Notes under the pieces: model-generated
Told to the model about the DNA's origin: nothing
The model's input: the letters and a program-made list of their open reading frames with translations, nothing else
Database searches by the model: none
Program-made: the position numbers and the translations under genes
In this document: piece by piece, positions 39,324 to 48,807 of the stretch
Layout: every line of letters begins with the position of its first letter
Numbering within the stretch: position 1 is the stretch's first letter
Source of the DNA: Candidatus Cloacimonadota bacterium
Lineage (GTDB): Bacteria > Cloacimonadota > Cloacimonadia > JGIOTU-2
Length of the DNA: 64,000 nucleotides
Assembly (NCBI GenBank): GCA_049903315.1
Contig: JBNGBT010000003.1
Coordinates: forward strand, 224,001-288,000
Direction: 5' to 3'

Positions 39324-40052
39324 CTATTTCCAGTATTTTAACTCTACCTTGTCATCCATAATTTCCAGGTAGCTGTAATATCTTATCCAATCACCAAGAT
39401 TTATATACGTTCCCTTATCACACTGTACTACGTGCGGATTATGGATATGCCCCATGATCGTATAGGCAAACCCTTTTTCAAACAATTTATCTGAGAAATC
39501 GATTAAACCCTTTTCCTGCCTTGCAAGAGTTTTTCTCGATTTGTTGTAATTCTTACTCGAACGGGACATGAGTTTACCTGTTCGCAATCCAGCATCGGGG
39601 TGAACCCAGCTAAATAATTTATGAACAAATGGACTGCGCAGAATACTTTTCAATACATGATACTGCAAATCGTTGGAGGTGAATTCATCACCGTGCGATA
39701 CATAAAATTTCTTTCCAGCACATGTGAAAGTATAGTCATTTCTATATACTTCAGCTTGGAGGTTCAACTGGAAAAAATCCTTGAAAACGAAGTCATGATT
39801 TCCCGCGATATAGATTACTTTTGTGCCTTTTTCGATGAGAGTTTTCAGTTTATGAAGTGTTTCAAAAAATGCTTTCGGGATGACCATTGTGTACTCGAAC
39901 CATACATCAAAGAGGTCTCCGGCAATAATAAGTTTATCAGGTGGATCAGTAATAAGTGCATCGAGAAAGGAATAGAATATATCGAGTTTTTTCTGCTCTT
40001 CTTTATCGACAAAGAAGCGCTGGTGAAGATCAGAAATGCAGATTATTTTCAT
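39324..40052 (-). CDS. lpxH: UDP-2,3-diacylglucosamine diphosphatase-like metallophosphoesterase
   Basis: SDLH, GDLFD.W, GNHD, HGD, GHIH and NLGDW motifs; waaA is present in the same window. Confidence 0.8.
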   Translation of the reverse strand: MKIICISDLHQRFFVDKEEQKKLDIFYSFLDALITDPPDKLIIAGDLFDVWFEYTMVIPKAFFETLHKLKTLIEKGTKVIYIAGNHDFVFKDFFQLNLQAEVYRNDYTFTCAGKKFYVSHGDEFTSNDLQYHVLKSILRSPFVHKLFSWVHPDAGLRTGKLMSRSSKNYNKSRKTLARQEKGLIDFSDKLFEKGFAYTIMGHIHNPHVVQCDKGTYINLGDWIRYYSYLEIMDDKVELKYWK

Positions 40053-40061
40053 GAAACTCCT

Positions 40062-40724
40062 TTAATGTGTGAGCACATAGTACACGATGTTTATGCCCAT
40101 TTTAAATGCCTGCTCACGAATATATGAAGGGTCTTTGTGCACTTCGGGAGAAGCCCATCCATCGCTGATGTTGGTTTCATACGTGTATAATATTATCAAT
40201 CTGCCGAAATCGTCAAAAATGCCAAATGCCTGTGGTCTCTTGCCATCGTGTTCGTGAATCTTAGGAAGTCCGTTTGGAAAAGTGTAGTAGCTGTCAAAAA
40301 GTGGGAAAGTGGCCGGCAATTCCTGAAGAGTTTTTTCCGGGTAGACGAGTGCCAACTCCCTTCGAATGTATTGATCCAGACCGTAATCATCATCGATGTA
40401 GAGGAACCCACCTTTTTCAAGATAATTACGCAGATTTACAATTTCTTCTTCGGAAAAACTTATGTTACCGTGCCCTGTAAGATATAGGAATGGGTAATTG
40501 AGAATTGAATTATTTTTGAGGGAAACAATTGCCTGTTCGGGTGCAGTTTTGATCAAAGTGCGGGTGCTGATCTCGTTGCAGAAATTAGGAATTACCGAAG
40601 TGTCATTATACCAATCACCGCCGCCGTCATATTGCACACGGGCAATCGTGATCTCCATTTCTCCTGAGAGATTCAGAGGAATGAGCAAAATAAAAACAAA
40701 AAGAACCTTTTTTATGATATTCAT
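40062..40724 (-). CDS. DUF4159-like exported protein
   Basis: YDGGGDWY, YPFLYLTGHG, LR.YL..GGFL.IDD.YG, GLPKIHEHD and DGW motifs. Confidence 0.85.
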   Translation of the reverse strand: MNIIKKVLFVFILLIPLNLSGEMEITIARVQYDGGGDWYNDTSVIPNFCNEISTRTLIKTAPEQAIVSLKNNSILNYPFLYLTGHGNISFSEEEIVNLRNYLEKGGFLYIDDDYGLDQYIRRELALVYPEKTLQELPATFPLFDSYYTFPNGLPKIHEHDGKRPQAFGIFDDFGRLIILYTYETNISDGWASPEVHKDPSYIREQAFKMGINIVYYVLTH

Positions 40725-40806
40725 GAGATTTGCATGAAATGAAGGAGCATTTTGGATGTCAATATTCTTGACGTTTGAAGATCGATCTCTACTTTATGAC
40801 GCACGT

Positions 40807-40882
40807 GGGTGATTAACTCAGAGGCTAGAGTGCTTCCCTTACAAGGAAGAAGTCGTAGGTTCGACTCCTACATCGCCCACCA
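40807..40882 (+). tRNA. tRNA-Val(TAC)
   Basis: 76-nt cloverleaf: GGGTGAT/ATCGCCC acceptor stem, CTTCC-CTTACAA-GGAAG anticodon arm, GGTTCGACTCC T arm, encoded CCA. Confidence 0.97.
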
Positions 40883-41010
40883 TTTTTTTTTATCAAAATT
40901 CTGAGTGGACTAGTTACTTAATTATTGAATTTCCAACAACCAACAGGGAATGTTCAATGTCCATTTATATCTGACTCTCATAGAACTATATCACCACTCG
41001 GATCTAAGCA

Positions 41011-41045
41011 TTGAGGGCAACTCATTGGACCCTCTCAACTTTTTG
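41011..41045 (+). terminator. Possible terminator downstream of tRNA-Val
   Basis: Imperfect TTGAGGG...CCCTCTCAA hairpin followed by CTTTTT. Confidence 0.35.
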
Positions 41046-41210
41046 CGTCTCTGCTTATTCAGGTGTAAAATATTTGTCATTTTTTATATTTGAGAGGGAA
41101 TATTATCTCCTGATTTATTTTCCTTCATACTTGGTAATTCCGTGTTGGGTATTGGATATTAATTCTTTCTTTACAAACTTATTTTTAAACTCCAATTTAA
41201 TATCAAGGAT

Positions 41211-42608
41211 TTAATCCAACGTAATTTCTCGTGGATTCGTATCTATTTCCTGGGTTTCCTGAAGATTCTTCTTGGTTTGTTGAACTCCCAATTCCTCAAG
41301 TTTTCGAGCCCCGGGCACAATTCGACTCGTGAACGAACCAACTGCTTTATTATAATGCTTTACAGATGTATCCAAACTCGATCCAACTTTTTCCAGATGT
41401 TCCTGGAAAGTGCAGATTCGTTCGTAGAGTTCGGTGCCGGTTTCCGCAATCTGCTTGGCATTTTCAGTTAATTTTTGCTGCTGCCAGCTCATGGCAACTG
41501 TCCTAAGAAGCGCAATGAATGTCGTTGGTGTGGCAATGATGACTTTGTTTTGTATCCCATCCTCGATGAGTTTGTTGTCGAGCTCTAATGCTGCTGAGAA
41601 AAAGGACTCACCTGGCAGGAAGAGGACAACAAAATCGGGCGCATCATCAAACTGTTTCCAATAGTTCTTTTTTGAAAGTTCATTCATGTGATGCCTTACT
41701 GCACGAGAATAAGCTATTTTCGCCGCCTCTCTTTTTTCATCTGTTTCAGCTTCATACGCTTCCATAAAATATTTAGTCGGTGCTTTGGAATCGACGACAA
41801 TACTTCTGTGTCCCGGCAAATAAACAATGAGATCCGGGCGAAGCTGTCCATCTTCAGTTTTCACGTTGACCTGTTCTGAGAAATCACAATATTCGGACAT
41901 GCCCACGAGCTCTACGACACGCCTGAGTTGCAGCTCTCCCCATTTGCCGCGTACTTCCGGACGCTTGAGTGCATTTTTCAGACCGGCAGTTTCTTTTTTT
42001 AGATTATCACTTGAATTTGCCAGTTGAGTGATCTGCTCTTTTAGTGTGCCGAGATCTTCTTTCCTGAGATTCTCGATCGTTTTAATTTCACGATTATATC
42101 TTTCAAGGGAATCTTTCAAGGGTTCGAGAGTTTCTTCAATCGCTTGTTTTCCGAATTCACTCTTCGTTTTTTCGAGTATGGTTTCCAGATTTTGCTTTGC
42201 CAGCTTCAAAAAGGTTTCATTATTACTTTTAAGTGCATCGGACGAAAACGCATTGAAGGTGTCTCTCAAACTCTCAGTTGCTTGTTTGAGCAGTTCTTTT
42301 TGCTCAAGGATGTTCTTTTCTGTTTCCAGAACTTTCGTCTCAAGACGGGCAGCTTCCTCTTTTTGTTTTTCAAGCTGATCTCTTAGAGAGGAAATTATTT
42401 CCTCAAGCTTTTGTTTTTCCAGCTTGATCTCTTCGATATACTGAACATTTTGAAGTAGTTTTGTTTCAGCTATCACTTTTTCATTTTGCAGTTCATCTGT
42501 GCGCAGGTTCTTTTTCTCAAGAGAGGAAACTCTTTTCTGCATAAGAAAATAGGTGACCAAAATGCCAATGACCAAGCCGATAACGAGCGGAATTACTGTA
42601 TTTATCAT
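41211..42608 (-). CDS. rmuC: DNA recombination protein RmuC
   Basis: TM helix and coiled coil, then RGKWGELQLRR, RPD.IV.LP, VDSK, PDFVVLFLPGE and ATPTT. Start set at ATG 42608. Confidence 0.93.
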   Translation of the reverse strand: MINTVIPLVIGLVIGILVTYFLMQKRVSSLEKKNLRTDELQNEKVIAETKLLQNVQYIEEIKLEKQKLEEIISSLRDQLEKQKEEAARLETKVLETEKNILEQKELLKQATESLRDTFNAFSSDALKSNNETFLKLAKQNLETILEKTKSEFGKQAIEETLEPLKDSLERYNREIKTIENLRKEDLGTLKEQITQLANSSDNLKKETAGLKNALKRPEVRGKWGELQLRRVVELVGMSEYCDFSEQVNVKTEDGQLRPDLIVYLPGHRSIVVDSKAPTKYFMEAYEAETDEKREAAKIAYSRAVRHHMNELSKKNYWKQFDDAPDFVVLFLPGESFFSAALELDNKLIEDGIQNKVIIATPTTFIALLRTVAMSWQQQKLTENAKQIAETGTELYERICTFQEHLEKVGSSLDTSVKHYNKAVGSFTSRIVPGARKLEELGVQQTKKNLQETQEIDTNPREITLD

Positions 42609-42641
42609 ACCCACATCCCGAAATTTATTTTTTGCATATAA

Positions 42642-42670
42642 ATTATCACAATGACAATAAATTATGTCAA
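42642..42670 (-). promoter_or_regulatory. Sigma70-type promoter for rmuC
   Basis: TTGACA-17 nt-GATAAT with TG upstream of the -10, about 33 nt before the ATG. Confidence 0.65.
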
Positions 42671-43075
42671 AATTTCCATGAAAATAACTGATGAAGCGAA
42701 AAAAATAAACTTTTTTGAGTGGTGGCGTCACAAAATTGGTATTTTGATGATATATATGTAGAAAGTATTATTGGAATAAATAGTATGAAGAAAAATGATA
42801 TAAGAATCTGTGCAAAAGCAAACAGAATAATTACTTTGAGCAAATGCATACGTGAATTTAAACAAAAAGATAGAGAATATATTGACATTTTTATTACAAA
42901 ATCTAAGGAAATAAATAAGTTTACTTAGATAAACCTCGCTATCCTCATCCTGGGATAGTGGGGTATTTGATGATAAAGATTGAATTGGTGAATAATGAGC
43001 AGAATCTGAAATTGAGGGACAAATTATAACGGAAGCTCTGATAAGAGAATGTGTTCACAGAAACTAAGGAGAAAA

Positions 43076-45358
43076 ATGAAAAAATTAATTCTTACAGCAG
43101 TGTTCATGCTGCTGATAATAACAATAAGTTATGCTGATATTATTATACCTGACGATTACGCAACTATTCAAGCCGGCATAAATGCTGCAACGGCAGGCGA
43201 TACTGTAAAAGTTAAATATGGAACTTACAATGAAGCAATTACGATAAACAAAGACCTTACTCTCATTAAATATTCTACACAAATGCCTACTATAACCTAT
43301 TCTTATGGTTCAATGATCACAATTCAAAGTGCAGAGGTATTGATATCTGGTTTTAATGTTGAGACAACAGCGCAATATGGATATGGAATGAGAGTATATG
43401 GAAACCAAGACGTTGTAATTGATGATTGTATAGTTTCAGGAATGTATAAGGGTATATTCTCTGAGCAGATACAGATTGAGATATACAATTGCCAATTTTA
43501 TGATAATCATAAAGCCATCACTATCACTACTAATATTGAAGAAAGTGAATATCCTGCTGTGATTAAGGGTTGTTCTATATATCAAAATGAAGCAGGAATA
43601 GATATTGATTCAAACGGTGGTCCACTCGTCCTGATCGAAGAATGTGATATTTATGAGAATGAATTAAATGGAATATTACTTGAAGGCGGTTGTTCAACAA
43701 TTAAGAGATGCATTATAAGCGACAACATTTATAATAATAATGGATATGGAATTGATTGTATATCAGGATATTGTGATATAATAAATTGTACGATACACGG
43801 AAACTACAAAGGTGTAAGATTTATTTCAAACATAGGAAAAGAGATAATAAACTCGATCCTTTGGGGTAATTCTTATGCAGATATAGTAGGATCGCCGACC
43901 GTAACCTATTCCTGTATTGAAGATGGATATGCCGGAAACGGAAACATAGATGATGATCCGCAGTTTGAAGATGCTGCTAATGGCGATTTCCATTTAAGAT
44001 GGGATAACGATGAGCTGAGTCCATGCATAGATACAGGAGACCAGAATACTGAATGGGATGGAGACGATACACCCCCCGACATGGGCAGACTAAGAGCGGA
44101 AAAACACTGGTATGACAATTGGGAATTGCCGGATATAAATACCAACCGTGGCTGGAAATGGATGTGCTTCCCTGTAATAGATACGGTTACAAACTCGCAA
44201 ACTTACGTAGGTGATATGGCTGAATATATGCTCGCTGATATCCTTGATACTGATTTACTTGACCATGTAGAATGGGTACCAATTGAAACAACAAGTAATA
44301 ATATTATTAATATTGAATTTGAAGATCCTATTTGGACAAATACTAATCATATTTTCACAAGCATACAGGGTTACAAATTCCAGATGCTTGATGATGATCC
44401 TGTTTATCTGCCGATATCCGGATTTCTTGAAGATTCGACCAAAACGATACAACTGAATGACGAACACGACAACTGGATGGGTTATTTCATAGATTATGAG
44501 CAGAATATAGAAGACGCTTTTGGAGAAGAAACCCTGGAAAATCTCTACTACATTCAGACACAACGATGGACAGTTACAAGAGAGGAACCAGAACCGGAAA
44601 GCCCATGGCTCGGTTTATCTTCTGCAAACAGAACACTCAATTACGGTGATCTGGTGATCGTGCGATGCTTTGATGACGAACTCTTTGCGTGGTGTGACAC
44701 TGAACTTGAACAAGAGAGAGATGTACGTGAAGACACTCAATATTTCAACTATGAAGAACAGGCGGATTATATTCCGATCTATGTGCAACTTGATCCAACA
44801 GATTTACCAACAGAGATTGCCGTATTTGTCGATGGTGAATGTAAAGGTGCCGAGAAGGTGCTTGAAGATCTGACCGATATTCGTGCTTATATGTTAGGTG
44901 CAAACGGTGGTAACATCACTTTTGAGATGTATTTTGACAATAAATCACCTATAGAAAAAGTGAGTAAATACTTTGTCTATAACACTAAAAGCATGGAATT
45001 TGAACCGGAGATCATCACCGTGAACCCCTCGAAAGATTACTACCTGGTAACCTTCAAAGAAACGGACACCCCTCAATTTACGTATGAATATAAAATGAAG
45101 CATTATCCTAATCCTGTTCGCTCTAACACAAAGATCAAATACTCGCTGCCGAGAACAGAAAAAGTTACCATAAATATATATAATGTACGTGGTCAGCTTA
45201 TACAAACACTCATAAATGATCAGGTCGGATCCGGCATACATACGGTATACTGGGATGGAACTGACTTAAGCGGTAAATACGTAAACAATGGCGTGTATAT
45301 GTATGTACTTAAAACTAATAATAAAACCATAGCACATAAAATGTTGCTTATGAGATAA
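43076..45358 (+). CDS. Secreted parallel beta-helix protein with FlgD-Ig/T9SS-like C-terminal domain
   Basis: Signal peptide, PDDYATIQAGI, 'C.I..N..G' beta-helix repeats, SPCIDTG, and terminal HYPNP...IYN.RGQ...WDG.D..G...Y...KMLLMR. Confidence 0.85.
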   Translation: MKKLILTAVFMLLIITISYADIIIPDDYATIQAGINAATAGDTVKVKYGTYNEAITINKDLTLIKYSTQMPTITYSYGSMITIQSAEVLISGFNVETTAQYGYGMRVYGNQDVVIDDCIVSGMYKGIFSEQIQIEIYNCQFYDNHKAITITTNIEESEYPAVIKGCSIYQNEAGIDIDSNGGPLVLIEECDIYENELNGILLEGGCSTIKRCIISDNIYNNNGYGIDCISGYCDIINCTIHGNYKGVRFISNIGKEIINSILWGNSYADIVGSPTVTYSCIEDGYAGNGNIDDDPQFEDAANGDFHLRWDNDELSPCIDTGDQNTEWDGDDTPPDMGRLRAEKHWYDNWELPDINTNRGWKWMCFPVIDTVTNSQTYVGDMAEYMLADILDTDLLDHVEWVPIETTSNNIINIEFEDPIWTNTNHIFTSIQGYKFQMLDDDPVYLPISGFLEDSTKTIQLNDEHDNWMGYFIDYEQNIEDAFGEETLENLYYIQTQRWTVTREEPEPESPWLGLSSANRTLNYGDLVIVRCFDDELFAWCDTELEQERDVREDTQYFNYEEQADYIPIYVQLDPTDLPTEIAVFVDGECKGAEKVLEDLTDIRAYMLGANGGNITFEMYFDNKSPIEKVSKYFVYNTKSMEFEPEIITVNPSKDYYLVTFKETDTPQFTYEYKMKHYPNPVRSNTKIKYSLPRTEKVTINIYNVRGQLIQTLINDQVGSGIHTVYWDGTDLSGKYVNNGVYMYVLKTNNKTIAHKMLLMR

Positions 45359-45368
45359 AAATACTTTC

Positions 45369-45396
45369 AGGAGTGCATCCTGAGGGGTGCACTCCT
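45369..45396 (+). other. Strong intergenic hairpin without U tract
   Basis: AGGAGTGCATCC-TGAG-GGGTGCACTCCT (12 bp including one G.U) between two co-oriented genes. Confidence 0.7.
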
Positions 45397-45420
45397 CCCC
45401 TCATTATAAAAGAGGTTATA

Positions 45421-47781
45421 ATGAAAATAATATATATAATAATTTTATTCATATTCTTTTCGTTTAATATGCTCAATTGCGCAACGATCACTGTTGATAT
45501 ACAGGGAAACGAAGACTTCATCAATATCCAGGATGGAATTGATATCTCTCAGCATGGCGATACGGTTCTGGTCTATCCCGGTACGTATGTTGAAAATATA
45601 GATTTTAATGGGAAAAGCATTGTATTAACAAGTTTGGAGCTCATAACAGGAGATGCTTCTTATATTGACTCGACCATTATTGATGGAGGACAACAGAGCA
45701 GTTGCATACGTTTACATAATAGCGAGCAGAATGCTGTAATACAAGGATTTTCAATAACAAACGGTATTGGGTATGATCATGTTAATTCCGGTGCGGGAAG
45801 ACCGGGAGGAGGAATAGCAATTAATACACCATATGGACAACCACAAACATTTTGTAAAATAAACAATTGTAAGATTTTTAAAAATATAGCAACAGGGGGA
45901 GGAGGGATATATTGTTATAAATCTTCAATGTATTTATCTGGTTTAATCATTACTGAGAATTATGCATCAAGTGGTGGTGGACTTTCAATACAAAATCAAA
46001 GTAGTGTTATATTTGATTCTAATAATAAATGTAGTATTTATAATAATTATGCTGGAATTGGATTTGATATTGTATGTTACAATACTGGTGATGTAGAGGT
46101 TATAGTAGACACATTTACTGTTTCTGAACCTATTAACACTTTTGTGGTAAATTTTGAGGAAGGTGCATATGCTGGAAGTATAACTATCGACATAATGAAT
46201 GCGTGGATGGAAGAAGTAAATCATGACCTGTATGTTTCTCCAAATGGTAGTGATAAAAATACTGGCATTACTCCAGAAAAACCCTTAAAAACAATCGCAT
46301 GGGCACTACATAAGATAAAATCGGATAGTCTAAATCCTAAAACAGTATATATCGAAGAGGGAACCTACTCCTTTACATCAAATGAACAGATTTTTCCATT
46401 GGGCTTAAAAGCATATACTTCCCTTAAAGGAAATAATATTCATAGTACAATTTTAGTAAATGATAAATTCCCAAGTACAATAGCTACAAAATTTAAAAAA
46501 GGATTTATTGTTGTAGAAGAACTTACTATTACAAGTACAAATAATTTACTGGAAAAAGTATTACGTTCTATTTATAGTGATTCGATAATGTTAAATAACA
46601 TTTTGATAAAAGAAAATTACTTGCCTGAGAATGGACTAACAACTTTTTATGATAACAATAATGTATACTACAATAATCTTACATTTAAAAATAATACAGC
46701 AGAAAAAGCAGCTGGAATAAACCACGAAAAAGGGAACGCATATGTAAACAACTGCCGTTTTGAGAACAATCATTCATTTGGTTTGGCAGATCAATCATAT
46801 TCAAATGTAATTGTTCGTATTTGTGCATATGATATAATGAGTATTGAAAATTCAATATTCATTAATAATAGCAATATGAGTTACGAGGAAGCACCATTTT
46901 GTTTCATCAACAAACAATTTTACAGTCCGGATTTGTACATTAAGAATTGTCTTTTTGCAGGGAATGAGACACCCTGTTCAACAGTTTTGGTTGCTGTCCC
47001 CGGAGATCTTCCCACGCCTGACAGTCTTGATGTACAGATAACCAATTGCACCTTTGCTTACAACAAAAGCAGTTTATCAACATTATCATTTATGGGAGCA
47101 ATCGATATAACAAACACAATACTCTATGACAGTACTGATTACGAGATATATTTGGATGATTGGTCGTATCATAACATGTATGCAACGTTAAATATAAAAA
47201 ACTGCGACATAAAAAATGGACAAAATGGAATATTGAACATGAATGAGAACAACATTATTAATTGGCTGCATGGAAATATAGACGAAGATCCGCTTTTTGT
47301 CGGCGGGAATCCTTTCAGTTATAAGCTTTCATCCAACTCTCCCTGCATTAATGCAGGCACAGGTGATACAACAGGATTACATCTTCCCCCAACGGACCTT
47401 GCAGGAAATCCTCGTATAACAGGGGGCAGGATAGATATAGGAGCGTACGAGTGGTTGGTGGTCAGCACTGACCAAGAACATTCCTTTCCTGATGATTTGA
47501 TTGCATTTAATGCAAGCCCCAATCCTTTTAAATCAGGAACAACGATTACATGCAGCATTAAAGAAGTTCTCGTAAATGATACATATGAATTATCAATATA
47601 CAACGTGAAGGGGCAACTTATAAAGCAATTTAATAGAGAACATTATGATTTCTCCCCATATTCAGAAATATATTGGGATGGTACTGATTTACTAGGAAGG
47701 CAGGTTGCACCTGGGACGTATTTGTACAAGCTGGAATATAATGGTAATGCGGTAGTGAGAAAGATGGTCCGGCTACGTTAG
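45421..47781 (+). CDS. Secreted beta-helix protein (DUF1565-like module) with FlgD-Ig/T9SS-like C-terminal domain
   Basis: Signal peptide, GDTVLVYPGTYVENI, LYVSPNGSD..TG....PLKTI, SPCINAG...DLAGNPR...DIGAYE and SPNPF...WDG...KMVRLR. Confidence 0.85.
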   Translation: MKIIYIIILFIFFSFNMLNCATITVDIQGNEDFINIQDGIDISQHGDTVLVYPGTYVENIDFNGKSIVLTSLELITGDASYIDSTIIDGGQQSSCIRLHNSEQNAVIQGFSITNGIGYDHVNSGAGRPGGGIAINTPYGQPQTFCKINNCKIFKNIATGGGGIYCYKSSMYLSGLIITENYASSGGGLSIQNQSSVIFDSNNKCSIYNNYAGIGFDIVCYNTGDVEVIVDTFTVSEPINTFVVNFEEGAYAGSITIDIMNAWMEEVNHDLYVSPNGSDKNTGITPEKPLKTIAWALHKIKSDSLNPKTVYIEEGTYSFTSNEQIFPLGLKAYTSLKGNNIHSTILVNDKFPSTIATKFKKGFIVVEELTITSTNNLLEKVLRSIYSDSIMLNNILIKENYLPENGLTTFYDNNNVYYNNLTFKNNTAEKAAGINHEKGNAYVNNCRFENNHSFGLADQSYSNVIVRICAYDIMSIENSIFINNSNMSYEEAPFCFINKQFYSPDLYIKNCLFAGNETPCSTVLVAVPGDLPTPDSLDVQITNCTFAYNKSSLSTLSFMGAIDITNTILYDSTDYEIYLDDWSYHNMYATLNIKNCDIKNGQNGILNMNENNIINWLHGNIDEDPLFVGGNPFSYKLSSNSPCINAGTGDTTGLHLPPTDLAGNPRITGGRIDIGAYEWLVVSTDQEHSFPDDLIAFNASPNPFKSGTTITCSIKEVLVNDTYELSIYNVKGQLIKQFNREHYDFSPYSEIYWDGTDLLGRQVAPGTYLYKLEYNGNAVVRKMVRLR

Positions 47782-47814
47782 AAAACTACGCTGCGACAAG
47801 TCCGGCTGCGTTAA
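47767..47814 (+). repeat. Direct duplication of the gene's last five codons
   Basis: GTCCGGCTACGTTAG (47767-47781) and GTCCGGCTGCGTTAA (47800-47814), 33 nt apart. Confidence 0.75.
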
Positions 47815-47980
47815 AACGCATAAATGTAAAATTTAAAATAGAAAATCAGCCAGAGGGCTGACAAGTTATAAAATGGAAAATATGGAGTTGGCGACTTTAT
47901 CCTATTTCTATCATTATTCCTATAAAAATTGACGTTTATTAGATGGTTTCAATATTCATATTATAACTTTGGAGGTTCTG

Positions 47981-48739
47981 ATGGAAGATAAAAACATGAA
48001 TGAGTCTGATTACAAGGATGTATTCGATCCCCAGGATTATATGTATTTTTTTGGTAAAGTTCTCACTGAAGAAAGAACCAAAAGTGAAATCCAATTTCTC
48101 GTTGAAGAATTAGGTCTTACAAAATCGATGTCGATATTGGACCTTGGATGTGGTTTTGGTCGGCACTCTATTAAATTAGCAAAACTGGGGCACCATGTAA
48201 CGGGCATTGATCGTATGGATGGTTTTATTAATGCAGGAAAAAAAAGAGCAGATTATGAGGGGGTAAAGATAAATTTCATCAAGAAGGACATGCGCTATGT
48301 AGAATTTAATGAGGAGTTCGAACGTGCGCTTCTACTTTTTACTGCCTTTGGATATTTTTCCGATGATGAAAACCTTGAAGTTCTAAAAAATATTTCAAAA
48401 GCACTCGTGCCCGGCGGATTATTCTGTTTCGATATTTTTAATCGTGATGCTTTTCTGAAGGATTTTATGCCCTACTATGTGCAGGAGGTCAGGCAGGATC
48501 TTTTAATAGACCGTAACACGTTTAATCCTAAAACTGGAAGGTTGATCGATGATCGAATCATAATAAGAAAGGGAATACGTAAAGATGTATCCTTTTCAAT
48601 ACGATTGTATGATTACAATGAAATAGAAAAACTGGTCGAGCAGGGAGGAATGAAGATCCATGAAATTTATGGTGACTGGGATAAGTCGCCTTTTACAATG
48701 GACTCAAAAGAAATGAAGATCATCGCAAAAAAATTGTAA
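47981..48739 (+). CDS. Class I SAM-dependent methyltransferase
   Basis: ILDLGCGFGRH, VTGID, DMR, FTAFGYF and LVPGG motifs; GGAGG RBS before ATG 47981. Confidence 0.9.
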   Translation: MEDKNMNESDYKDVFDPQDYMYFFGKVLTEERTKSEIQFLVEELGLTKSMSILDLGCGFGRHSIKLAKLGHHVTGIDRMDGFINAGKKRADYEGVKINFIKKDMRYVEFNEEFERALLLFTAFGYFSDDENLEVLKNISKALVPGGLFCFDIFNRDAFLKDFMPYYVQEVRQDLLIDRNTFNPKTGRLIDDRIIIRKGIRKDVSFSIRLYDYNEIEKLVEQGGMKIHEIYGDWDKSPFTMDSKEMKIIAKKL

Positions 48740-48756
48740 TATTTATCGGCTATAAT

Positions 48757-48789
48757 AAAAAAACCTCGGACCGAAAGATCCGAGGTTTT
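48757..48789. terminator. Bidirectional intrinsic terminator
   Basis: AAAACCTCGGA-CCGAAAGA-TCCGAGGTTTT between convergent genes. Confidence 0.8.
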
Positions 48790-48807
48790 CTATTTATAGG
48801 TGAGGGG

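Noticed and set aside
42719..42928. 69-aa ORF between rmuC and the beta-helix gene
   Set aside because: Very AT-rich promoter region with no RBS or motif.
47779..47814. Amber read-through (pyrrolysine) at the duplicated gene end
   Set aside because: No pyl genes are seen and the protein already ends with a normal CTD terminus.
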